IMG/VR virus record: IMGVR_UViG_3300023035_000005
Coordinates: 64,001-128,000 of that record
DNA from: a virus
Length of the DNA: 64,000 bases
Reading direction: 5' to 3' (one strand)
Positions 23,169-34,387 of the stretch are shown in pieces. The notes beneath the pieces were generated by a model. The model searched no databases, had not been told where the DNA came from, and saw only the letters and a program-made list of their open reading frames with translations. Numbering within the stretch: the first letter of the stretch is position 1; every line of letters begins with the position of its first letter. The position numbers were made by a program, and so were the translations under genes.

Positions 23169-24864
23169 CGCACATAATTTTTGTCCTTATTGTGTTAATA
23201 ATTTAGAACAGACTATTATGTTATCTTTAATTTTTAGATACTTTAATTCCTACCGGGCTAACCGGTTAAATCCATCCTTGCTAATTATTGTAATTGTGCA
23301 ACACGCAATCGCTAGTAACAAAGATCAAGTTATAATAGCCTAACGTCAAAAAAAGATTAATTTAGTCATACAATTAATATAATAAACCGTTCCCCTGGGG
23401 GAGGGGGCCCCTCCCCAGGGGAACGATAGGCAAATATGCATGTATCAAACGGAACTTTTATTTCTCAGATGTATTACGGACAAAATTCATATTTGACTTT
23501 ATAAATTGAATTTCAGATAATCCTTGTTCTGTTAAGTGAGCTTTCTTATTTATTAGAATAGCCGCTTTTTTAAAATTGTAATAATCTGAGATTTTCGCTC
23601 CTTTAATGAGATATTTTCCAAAAAATGGTAAAACTTTATGAGTAATATCTTCAAATCTTGTAACTACAAAATACACAACTGATCTAGATAAGTTTAATTC
23701 AATTCTACCACATCCTAAAGTAGTTATTATATTTTTCATAAGCTCAGTATCTCTACTATGTTGAGCTATTTGAAATTTTAATATTACAGCTTTACCTAAT
23801 TTAGTTGTAGAAGATTTTCGTATAGAAATAAAGAAACATCCTTCTCCATTAGTAAAACCAGCTAATCAATTGGGATCTTTAACACTTCTATCTAAAAGTA
23901 AAGGTCTTGCCATCGGAGTAACATTAGGAAAAGTTCGCTTTAATTCCTCGGATAAACCTAGATTAATAGAAGCTCTAATGCTAAGTATCTTATTAAACCC
24001 TTCTCTAGTTAGATGTACTTTATTTTTAAGTAATAAAACCGCTGATTTGAAAAGCTGATAATCAGCCCATTTTTTACTAATAAGGGGATATTTATCAAAA
24101 TGAGAAATAATTATGTTTAAATATTTCAAAGATTTAATCGTATATTGTAAGGTAGTATTACCATGTTTTGTAATACTTCCTGCCCCAAAATAATCTTTAA
24201 TTTGACATAATAAATCATAATCTTTATTATCTAAAGTAATTTTAAAAATAGCTTGAACTCTATAAGCCATTTTATAATTACTATCTGCGAATACCCCTAA
24301 AGTAAAACACCCTTCTGCGTCTACAAATCCCGTAATAAATCAAGGATCTAACTTGTCAGGTCCTGCCATAGATTTTACTGAGATCGTAGTATCATTTACT
24401 TGTTCTGTGTAGTCCAAAGTTAGGTTTTTTTCTGTAGGTATAGTTGAATGTATAAAAGCTTTTTGTGCTACGCTAAAAAGCCCCATTACAACTCTGCGGT
24501 TATAAGAATGGGAAGAAATTTTTCTCAAAAAAACTGGTTTCCCAGCGACTAGAGTACACCTTACAAAATCTAAAATCCTAGATTCTGAAGAACCATCTAC
24601 TCGTTGCTCTTTTACAGATTCCCTCCGATGGAGTAACCGGGATAATCTGATTTAGATACGTGATCACCCATTTAGGGAGCGAAGCGCCCCCTCATCTCCC
24701 TGCAAAGCAGGGTTTTCATAACGGTGTAATGAAAACTAGTGATGTTACCTTACCCCCTGGCATTAAAGGGGCCGGCTGTAGAGTTTCCTCTGCAACTTTG
24801 GTTACTAGAGCTTTAGGGCTTCCCCGTAGTTTGGCTCTTTTACACTGAAAAAGGTATTTTTTTA
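23169..24864 (-). mobile_element. nad4 group I intron at ~505 (IC2-like)
   Basis: Core motifs at 24545-24840; T|TG junction restores YTLFGS. Confidence 0.92.
23458..24528 (-). CDS. Intronic double-motif LAGLIDADG endonuclease
   Basis: WFITGFVDAEG and WLAGFTNGEG in one code-4 frame; start codon uncertain. Confidence 0.85.
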
Positions 24865-25375
24865 ATGTATACAAGAAAAGATAAAAGCTAGCTCTAACCT
24901 TGTTTGAAGATCCAAAAAGTCCTAATAATAAAAACAGGGGAGGAAGGATTGATTCAAAAAAAATATAAAACAATAAAATATCTAATACTAAAAAGACAGC
25001 TAGCAATAATGTTTCTAATAATAACATTATTATTAAATAAGATTTTACATTTTCAGTTATTGAATTTCAATTAGATAATATAGCTATTGGCATTATTATA
25101 GTAGTTAACAATACAAAATATATAGATATTCCATCTACTCCTAGATAAACATCAAATAAATTCATATCATAATGCTCTTGAACAAATTGGAACTGATTAC
25201 TACTAAAATCAAATAATATAAAGATTACTAAAGATAAAATTAAATTTAAGATAGATGTTACAAAAGCAGTTATTTTGTATGATCTTAATTTATCTTCGGT
25301 ATCTTCAGAAGAAATATTACTAGAGATTGAAAATATACCTAAAATAGGTATTAATAATAAAGATGATAACAACAT
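24865..25375 (-). CDS. nad4: NADH dehydrogenase subunit 4, exon 1
   Basis: MLLSSLLLIP...GVDGISIYFVLLTT...FYIFFESILPP...FLYT. Confidence 0.95.
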
Positions 25376-25497
25376 TTATTATTTAAAAATAAAAAACTTC
25401 CCATATAATTAAATTATAATTACATCATAAGTAAACAATTACATGATTATACTAAAAAAAATATTTAATCTTAGAAATATCCAAAAAAGGAAAATCT

Positions 25498-25893
25498 TTA
25501 AAATAAATTTAAATTAACTGAGAATATATCAAAACTATATAAAATACAAGGTACTATTATTATAAAGGCAAACACTATAGGTAATAGGATAGTTCAACAG
25601 AAAGACATTAGCTGGTCAAATCTTATTCTAGGGAAAGATGCCCTACATCATATAAATGTAAATATCATCATAGAACTTTTTAATCCTAAACTAAAACCAT
25701 ATATTAACCCCTCTAAAACAGGGGTACTCATTATATCTTCTAGAAAATAATCCAATACAAGAACTCAATCTATAAGAAAAATTTCTCTAACGATGAAATC
25801 TAAATATGTTAATAAATAAATAACATCTAATATTAAATAACCACCTAAAAATAATAAACTAGTTAGTATACACATTAATACAATACTACCATA
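25498..25893 (-). CDS. nad1: NADH dehydrogenase subunit 1, exon 4
   Basis: YGSIVLMCILTSLLFLGGY...IWCRASFPRIRFDQLMSFCW...DIFSVNLNLF*. Confidence 0.93.
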
Positions 25894-28714
25894 CACGTCT
25901 GGGTATTCTTTTACCTTATCCTTTATTCATCTTATACTACTTTAGCTTACGTAATATACTCTTCAATGCATACGAAGTATGCGCTACGAAGTATGCACAA
26001 AAATTTATTTTTCCCGGCTTAGCACGCATGGGTGCGTGCCGTGCTAAGCCGCCGCGGGGGCATTCTAATTCTTGGGTAGTAACACCTAAAAAATCTGGGT
26101 ACCTACCCTACCCTACCCATAAGCGTATTCTTCTCTCTTTCTTTCTTTTAAGACCTTACCTACCTACGTATATTTTACTGCAAAGATATTTATTTTGGCA
26201 AATTCTATAAACTAACCTTACCCCTTCTTAAACGTTTCGTCCCTGCTAATAACTGGTCTACGAGATAATCTAAACTCTATTCTAGTGGATGGGTCTAGAA
26301 TTGGCAATTCTTTAGCTAATCTGTCATTAATAGTTTGAGAAGTAACACCAAAGTACTCGGCGCAAGCTTTGGAATCTTGGAAGAAAAGATTTTGTTCTTC
26401 GTGAGGTCCTTCAGCTAATAAATAGAAAAGTTGTCCTTTGACGAGAGAACGATTTGCAGCTATAATTCTTAACCCTCGGGAGTCTCTAATGTATATATCC
26501 TCCATATTTAACACTTTATTCCATAAAGAAGAACTTTTGTCAATACTATCTTTAAGTTTAGTAGCTCCCTGTTTAAAAGTAGATAAACGATAATTATTCA
26601 TACGCTGACTAATCTTTATAATTAATTCTCTACCTTCCTCGGTAGTGTGCTTTCCAGTATAAATTAAAGAAGCAATAATCTGTCAGTCTAGAAAGTCTAG
26701 ATGTTTTTTAGTAAGGAAGGTAAGATTCGAAAACATAGGAATAAGTTTATCCACTATAAAATTTACTTGTCTAACCGCTAATTCAATAGCGGGTTTAATA
26801 TTAACTTTTTTACTAATTTTTATGGAAATATAAGATAATTTACTACTTATTTCTAAGTAAAAGGGGGAAGATTTTAAAAGGGGATCCGTAACAAATTGGG
26901 TATCCAGGTAAGATTTTATTGCATAAATAAGAGGAGCTTGTGATGCAGTAAGAGCAAAACTGAAGGAAATACCCATAGTTTTAGGATCATTCAGACAGAA
27001 ACTACCTTCACCTTCAATAAGACCTAATAATCAGTAAGGAGTGATTCTTATAGTATGAGAATCAGGCATTTCAAAGTTCACTCTCTGTGTATTCATACTA
27101 ATTTTCAAGGAGGCTATTCGCCTAAATTGTTCATCCTTGGGGATAGAACCATTTAATTTTAAACTAACACCCTCTTTAAAGCATAAGTAATCTAAATATT
27201 TTATACCATTTAATGGAAATTTTTCGAATAAAGGTATTAAAATAGTACTAATATCCCTAATTTTAGTTAAGTAAAACTGAGCACTATTATCTTTACCAAC
27301 TATGATTGTACCACAATTCAATCTATTTTTTATAAACTCCAATACACCGAGATCGTCAATATGTAATTTGATCTTGAAAGCAAAGCTTATAACATTACTA
27401 GGACTTATAGATATAAAAAAATGTCCTTCACCGTCGGTAAATCCTGTAAACCATTGATTAAATTCAGAGTCTGTTATACCCTCTCCGTTCGACGAAGAAA
27501 AATCACGTGCATATCCAGGACAAGGGCGACTAAAGTAACCTGATTTATTAGCAAAGAAGTTGTAGGGTAAGGAATTAGGGCTAACCAAACATCTAACCGG
27601 ACCAGCCAAAGTGCAACCAGCGGTAGAGCTGATACCAAAATAAATGTAAGCTAGGTCTAGAATATGCATGTAAATTGTTTTAATTGTTTTCATTTTTTAT
27701 TGATTATTATATAAATTGCTACCTCGGGTTCTCCCATGCCAACTTACTTTTGTAGTGTTGGCTTGAAATCTATCCCTCCGCTCCACTCCCCACAGTGGCT
27801 ACCCACCTGCACCTGCACATGCACATGCACATGCACATGCACATTTTGCAGGCATCCTTTCACGGGGTCCTTTCAAGTAACGCTACGCTATTATTCTCCT
27901 CTAGACCTAACACCGGTTTTGCCCCATGTTATTATTAGATTTGAATCTCTCAGATTTCTTAATCCTGTGGAGTAAGGCGAAGCTGTGGTCGTCGCGGGAA
28001 ACACTTGTGTGTAAGAGAATCAAAGTCAAATCCGGGGTACTACCTACCTCTATCACGAGCGGCAGTAGCTACCGAGTGATTCCTGCAAACGCGAATTATA
28101 ATTGAGCAACCAGACTGGGAAGATTAATGAAGTAACTGTGCGAGAGGCCTAGGTGATTCCGAATTTCCTCCAACCGAGCTATTTAACCTCCTCGGTTCCT
28201 TGCGTGCTTTATACTACTTAAGCTCTCGAAGAGATTGAAGGTAAAAAAAGAAAGAAAATAAGAGATTTGTTGCATGCCTCGCGGGATTTTTTTGTTGAAA
28301 AAAAATTAAAATAAATATAATTGTTAAAGGACTTAGGTATAAGCTGAATACATAACACCTCATTTCTTTGGTTATTAGAGTACACCTTACACCATCTATC
28401 TATCCTCTATACTCAAGAGGTATTTTTAGCTTTTAACTTAATAGGTGGCGAGTAACCATCTACTCGTTGCTCTTTTACACATTAATTACTTACCTTATTC
28501 ACAAGGATCCTAAGTTTGTAACTAAGAGGTGATTTAGATCCGCGAACAACCATTCTGACTTTCATCAAATCTCAGAACTTGTTACTATACCCAAATGATT
28601 AGTTTGGCCCCCCTTCTTACCCTTTTAGGTTACGGGGTTAGTATTCTGAGCTCTTAGGTTTTACCCGGAGTTTGGCTACTATAGAGTAATTGAGACTTGC
28701 TTAAGGTCTCTTCA
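25894..28714 (-). mobile_element. nad1 group I intron at ~709 (IC2-like); junction ambiguous by 1 nt
   Basis: Core motifs GCCAAACTCCGGG, GCGGATCTAA, GAGCAACGAGTAGATGG, AAGGTGTACTCTAA at 28374-28680. Confidence 0.85.
26218..27693 (-). CDS. LAGLIDADG endonuclease with C-terminal HTH/NUMOD1-like domain (~491 aa)
   Basis: [20 protein letters not shown]; own ATG; track fragments in one frame. Confidence 0.88.
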
Positions 28715-28786
28715 CTCAGCTAAAAAAAAGAACACAAAAACAACCGCAGCATGTTCTGTCATAAATCCACTAACTAATTCAGATTC
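28715..28786 (-). CDS. nad1: NADH dehydrogenase subunit 1, exon 3
   Basis: ESELVSGFMTEHAAVVFVFFFLAE. Confidence 0.93.
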
Positions 28787-28958
28787 CTGTTGTGGTTTAA
28801 CAGAGGGTGGCTCCTCCGAAGGAAGGAAAGCTCCCTCTGAAGATTATGTGAATTAGGAAAATTCAATTGATATAGAGGTGACGATAATTATTAAAATCTT
28901 TTTAATAATTATGTCGACTAGACATAAGAGAGTGTTGGATTTGATTACGCGTCATAAT

Positions 28959-29773
28959 TTATTTAGTTATAGGTTTAAAATAATAAAGATTTTTGTATAT
29001 AAGCTCAGAATTTAAATATTTACCTACTGTAACTTTATAAATACTTAAATGTTTAGCTAATTCTACATTGTTTTTAAATTTTAAAATTAAATTACCATTT
29101 AAATCAAATATTCCTACTCCTAAGTTATATTTATTTTTATTTTCACTCATTATAGCCTTGGTATTCTCGGTATGACTTTTACCATACATAGGATTTTTAC
29201 TACCTGGTTTACTGATTTTTAATTTAGATTCCTCAGTATGTTTATAACCCAAATTATTATGGGCGATAAGACTAAAATTATATAAAGTATTGAAATCAAA
29301 TTTTGATATATAACTAGTTTCTAGTTCAGTTAATGATTTATGACTTATAATTTTACTTTCATATGTAAAATACTCATAAATATATAATTTAAACTTATCT
29401 ATACCATACTTGACAAAGGCTTTTTGCATGGCTACATTTGAATTATTTTTATACTTTAAATGTTCATTAATTCTAATAAAAAAGTCTTTAGCACTACCAA
29501 TGTATTGCTTATTATTAATAGTGTTTACCAAAGAATAAATACCACCTTTTCCCTTTAATATATCCTTATATGATTTTATACCATCTTTGTCGAGCTTCGC
29601 ACTAAATCTAGAATTAAAATCGGCTTAGGCCCAGGATAAGAACCTAAATGTGAAGGAGAATTAGAAGAATAATATTTACGACTATAAATTAAAGAGTTAT
29701 CTAAAAGAGTTAAAGGTAAAATACCCCTACGCATATAACTAAATGAATTCTCAAATTTTACTAACCTAGATTT
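28959..29773 (-). pseudogene. GIY-YIG endonuclease, frameshifted near 29575-29600
   Basis: KGGIYSLVNTINNKQYIGSAKD; GC insertion gagcttcgc at the frame break. Confidence 0.8.
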
Positions 29774-30286
29774 CACACAATTAAAAAAAACAAAAATGGG
29801 GGGGATATAAAACCCCTATATGCTGGTAGGAAAAGGGACATAAAACTATATTTAATTTTGTATTGGTTTAAACCGATAAATTTTATTATATATCAGACCC
29901 GAATTTAAATACTTACCTACTGTAACCTTAGAAATACCTAAATGTTTAGCTAACTCTACATTATTATTAAACTTCAAAATTAAGTTATCATCTAAATCAT
30001 AAATTCCTACACCTAAAGGATATTTATTCTTCTTTTCACTCATAATCGCTTTAGTAGCTTCACGATGTTTTATACCAAACATCGGATTTAACTCACCAGG
30101 TTTACTAATTAAAGCTAAGGCTTCTTCAGTATGAGTTTTACCAAACATAGGATGATTATTTTTATCCTTATAATAACGAAAATAAGATAAACAATAAGAA
30201 GATTAAACTTTAGAACACCTAGCCACCGAACATGGTCAAACCTCACTCGCACTCACTCTTTCATTTACAAAAATATTCAAAATAAC

Positions 30287-31693
30287 TTACCGTAGGGGTC
30301 TCCGAGATAACTTAAACTCAACTTTATTTGAGTCAAACACGGTTACTCCTTTGTTCAACTTAGCATTTATAGTTTGCGGTGCAATTTTAAAGTAATCAGC
30401 GCAGGATTGGGAATCCTTAAATATTCTAAATTTTTCTGATACCTGAGAGGATAAGCAAGCTCGCGAAGCAGGAACAACCTCTTCAGCTAAAATATAGAAA
30501 AGCTGTCGTTTAACTAGCGAACCGCCTGTTAAAGAATTTATTCGTAAGCCATCTTGATTTATTACATATATATCCTTCATATTTATTACTTCATTCACCA
30601 GGTTCGAAGATATTCCCCTAATCTCCTCCCCTCCGGGAGATACGAAAGTATCGCTGCTTTCTATATGTTTAAATGAAGATAAACGGTAGTTATTCATTCT
30701 TCTACTCACCTTAATTATTAACTCTTTACCTAATTTTGTTAGATGTTTTCCTTTATAAATTAAAGAAGCAATAAACACTCAATCTAAGAAATCTTTATAT
30801 TTTTTTGAAGCAAAACTAAGGTCAGATAGAAAGGGTATAAGTGTATCCACTATATAACTTAAGTGGTTAATATGGAATTGAACCACGAGTTTACCTTTAG
30901 TTGTGCATTTACCCTTATCATAAATAGAAGTTCTTTGACTAATTATTTCTAGATATTGAGAAGATGCTTTTAATTTTACATCCTCTATCCCATAAGAATC
31001 TAAAAATTCTTTAATCGCATGAACTAAAGGGGCTTGAACAAAAGTAAGCCCAAGGCTGAAGGAAATACTTATATCTTTTGTATCGACAAGTGAGAAACAA
31101 CCCTCTCCCTCCAGAAATCCTAAGAATCAGTAAGGAGTTATTCTTATTGTATGAGTAGAAGGCATTACAAAATCCACTCTTTTACTATTCATCTGACCTT
31201 TTAAGTCAGTTATTAACTTTAATTTTTCAGACATAGATAAAGATTTGTTAAATTTTATAGCAACTGCTTCTTTAAATCCCAAGTACTCTAAGTACTTTGT
31301 ACCATTTAAAGGGAATTTATCAAACATAGGTATTAAAATATTTTTGATATCGTTAATCCTCTTCACATTCAGATGAACAACCTTTTTAGATATATAAATA
31401 CTACCACAATTCAATCTATTTTTTATAAACTCTAAAACACCAGTGTCATCAATATGAACCCCAATAGTTAATATAAAACTAATAGTATTTCCTTTAGAAA
31501 TATCTATCAAAAAACATCCCTCACCATCTACAAAACCTACAAATCATTCTAAAAATTCAGATTCCGTCATATCTCTAAATCTAACTTTAATATTGCTTAA
31601 ATTTGATGTATTTTTTAAAATAAGTTCATCTTGGTCACTACGAGACAGCGCAGAACTACCTTTTGTACTAAATATAAATCCTTTATTTTCCAT
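30287..31693 (-). CDS. Nested LAGLIDADG endonuclease with HTH/NUMOD1-like tail (~468 aa)
   Basis: [20 protein letters not shown]; paralogue of 26218-27693. Confidence 0.87.
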
Positions 31694-31730
31694 TTTTTGT
31701 ATAAATTTTTAATTACCTCCGTAGAGGATA

Positions 31731-31817
31731 GGGTTTTGTAAAAATCCATTCCATTTTACAAAACCTAACTCAGGTTAGGTTTTGTAAAAATCCATTTTAC
31801 AAAACCTAACTCAGGTT
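31731..31817. repeat. Tandemly duplicated hairpin (ggttttgtaaaa...ttttacaaaacc taactcaggtt)
   Basis: Two adjacent inverted-repeat units. Confidence 0.85.
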
Positions 31818-33011
31818 CGCACTGAGTATTCGGAGGTTGAAGCTCCATGTTTTACCTGTAAACTATACTCTTAAAAAAGCATAAGATGTACTCAATTCAT
31901 CGCAACAGCTGTGTGTTTCTATAAAAAAAAGTACATCACTATAAACTTTTGGTGACAAACACCAAGGAGTAGAATGGCACGGATAAGTATTAAGGTGTAT
32001 AATTGAAAGAGGAGGGAAGAGAGTGGGCGAATTCAACCATCTTTAATTTGGCTTCTTCTGTATGTTTATAACCTAAAGAGCTTGTAGCTGTAGCTTTAAA
32101 ATTCTAAAGATTATCAAAATTAAATCTCTTAATATAACTAGTCTCTAGATCAGTTAAAGCTTGATGACTTATAATTTTACTTTCATATGTGAAATATTCA
32201 AATATACAAAATTTCAATTTATCTAAGCCATACTTAGCAAATGCTTTTTGCAAAGCCAGATTAGACTTCTTATTTTCCAAATGTTCATTAAGTCTTAAAT
32301 AAAAATCTTTGGCGCTTCCTATATATTGATTGCCGTTTACTGTATTTATAAAAGAATAAATACCTCCTTTGTCTTTTAAGAATATTCTATAAGATTTAAT
32401 ACTATCTTTATCATTTAGATTATTAATAGTTAAAACTGGAAGAGGTAAATCAGATGATTGTAAATCAGAATTTGAAGTAGAATAATATCTATCACTAGCT
32501 TTCGTACCAACTTTTCATCTAGATATTGTATAAAGATAACCACAGTTTGTAAGAACTAAAGGGTTCGCACCAATGGTAGAAACGCTACTATAGTTCAGCA
32601 TATATGATCCCATTTTTTATTAGTTGGCATTTACAAGCCAATTTGGACTATACCTTATCTAATATAAATACTTATATTAAATGATCACGTCTAGTCTCTG
32701 AAGGGTTTAACATTATATGTTAACTTCCCTGCTGATTGTCCTATTCTCTAATTAGGGTTTTCCAGCAATTTGTGATCTTTAATGAGACCAAATCTTATTA
32801 GTAGCCTCTGCTAAATCAATATCTATACTATCTAAGCATTCACCTTAGGTTTTCCAACTTGTCTTAACTAAAATATAGCTAAGGTTGTTCAAGGGATAGC
32901 AAGGTTGTAAATAATAGAGTATGAACATTCAATAGTTACATACTACAAACATATTTAGCTGTACTACCTTGCTTTCCCTCTTTTCTGCGAAGTAAACCAC
33001 ACAGAAAATTT

Positions 33012-34139
33012 TATTTGGTGTATTTATTCATAATACTTTGAATATTTTTAAGATTATTAAATTGTTCTTCAGTCCATTTCCTCCGAAGGCGAAGATTTGC
33101 TTTTAATTATATCAGCTGCTTTAACAAAAGATACGAAATCGGATTGTTTAGCGCTTTGAAGAGGATATTTTAGGAAAAAAGGTATAATTATATTATTCAA
33201 GATCTCGAAATTATTTAACTTCAAATCGACAGCATCGTTGTTTCTTTTTTTAACACTACCGCAACCTAAATAAGTTACTATTCTTTCCATTAGCAAAGTA
33301 TCTCGGGAATGCTGAGTTATTTGAAAATGTAATCAAACCTTATAACTACTAGATAACTCAGGAGCCAGAGTGGACCTTTTCTCTACAGTAATAATATTAA
33401 AGCTACCTTCCCCATCTACGAATCCTACTACCCATTCAGGATGTATTTCTCTTTCCGGTACTTCTGGTCTCGGTTCGGGAACAAGATTTGGATATAATTC
33501 CTTCAATTCTTCAGATATCCCTTTATTCAAATAATATCTAAGATTAAGAATCTTCATGAACCCTTGTTCACTTAAAGAGGGTTCCTCTTTAATAATTAAT
33601 ATAATTTGTCTAAATAATTCGAAGTCAGCATATTTTTTAGTTAATAAAGGATATGCAAGGAAATGAGGTATAACTTTCTCAAGTATATCACTTAGTTTAC
33701 TAATAATTAGCTTAGCGAAATTTTTATCGAAACTTATTACCCCTACGCCTCCAAAATACTCCTTAATACGATATAAAATATCTAAATCACGGGAATTCAA
33801 TTTAATTTGAAAAACAGGTTGTAATTTTCAACCTAACCTGTATGCTTTGACTTTCGAAATTTTTATCACGAAGGATCCCTCACCATCAGTGAAACCTGTA
33901 ATTCACTCAGGGTGAAGTAAAACCTTATTATGGGAATTTGTGGAACTATAGTGTCTTCTGGCTGCTGGTAATTTTCCCGCCCGTTCATTAAGTACGGGTT
34001 GCAATCCGTAAAAGAAACAAATTAAATCTCTAATAATATTCAAAATATAATTACAAATGTATATTAACATAAACATTGTAATTTTAATAACTTTAGCTGT
34101 AATATAGTTGCTAGCGAGGGCTGTGGATTTGTGACGATT
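33012..34139 (-). CDS. LAGLIDADG endonuclease in frame with nad1 exon 2 (extreme C-terminus frameshifted by a GC insert)
   Basis: [20 protein letters not shown]. Confidence 0.85.
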
Positions 34140-34387
34140 AGCCTCTGCAAGATCGAAGGGCGGCCGATTAGTTTCTGCAATAGAACCTATAAAAAATATT
34201 ATAAATATAGGTAATAAAGGTAATATAAATCAAACAGCTCTTTGTGATTCTACATTTACAGTTAGATTTAAACTACCTGTTAACATAATTACTAATAATA
34301 AAGCTGAACTTAATATTAGTTCATAACTAATTAACTGAGCAGTACTTCTAAGTGAACCTAAAAAAGCATATTTACTATTAGCACTTC
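34140..34387 (-). CDS. nad1: NADH dehydrogenase subunit 1, exon 2
   Basis: (W)[22 protein letters not shown]...[13 protein letters not shown]. Confidence 0.95.

Larger units (their letters stand above)
29852..32613 (-). pseudogene. GIY-YIG endonuclease split by a LAGLIDADG element (5' part ~32033-32613, 3' part 29852-~30178)
   Basis: KGGIYSFINTVNGNQYIGSAKD...HTEEAKLKMVE | YYKDKNNHPMFGKTH; TAG near 32105. Confidence 0.83.
28787..34139 (-). mobile_element. nad1 group I intron at ~636 with four HEGs
   Basis: Core AATTGCTGGAAA / AATCAGCAGGG / TTCAGAGACTAG / AAGGTATAGTCC at 32645-32780; IGS at 32784-32795. Confidence 0.9.
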
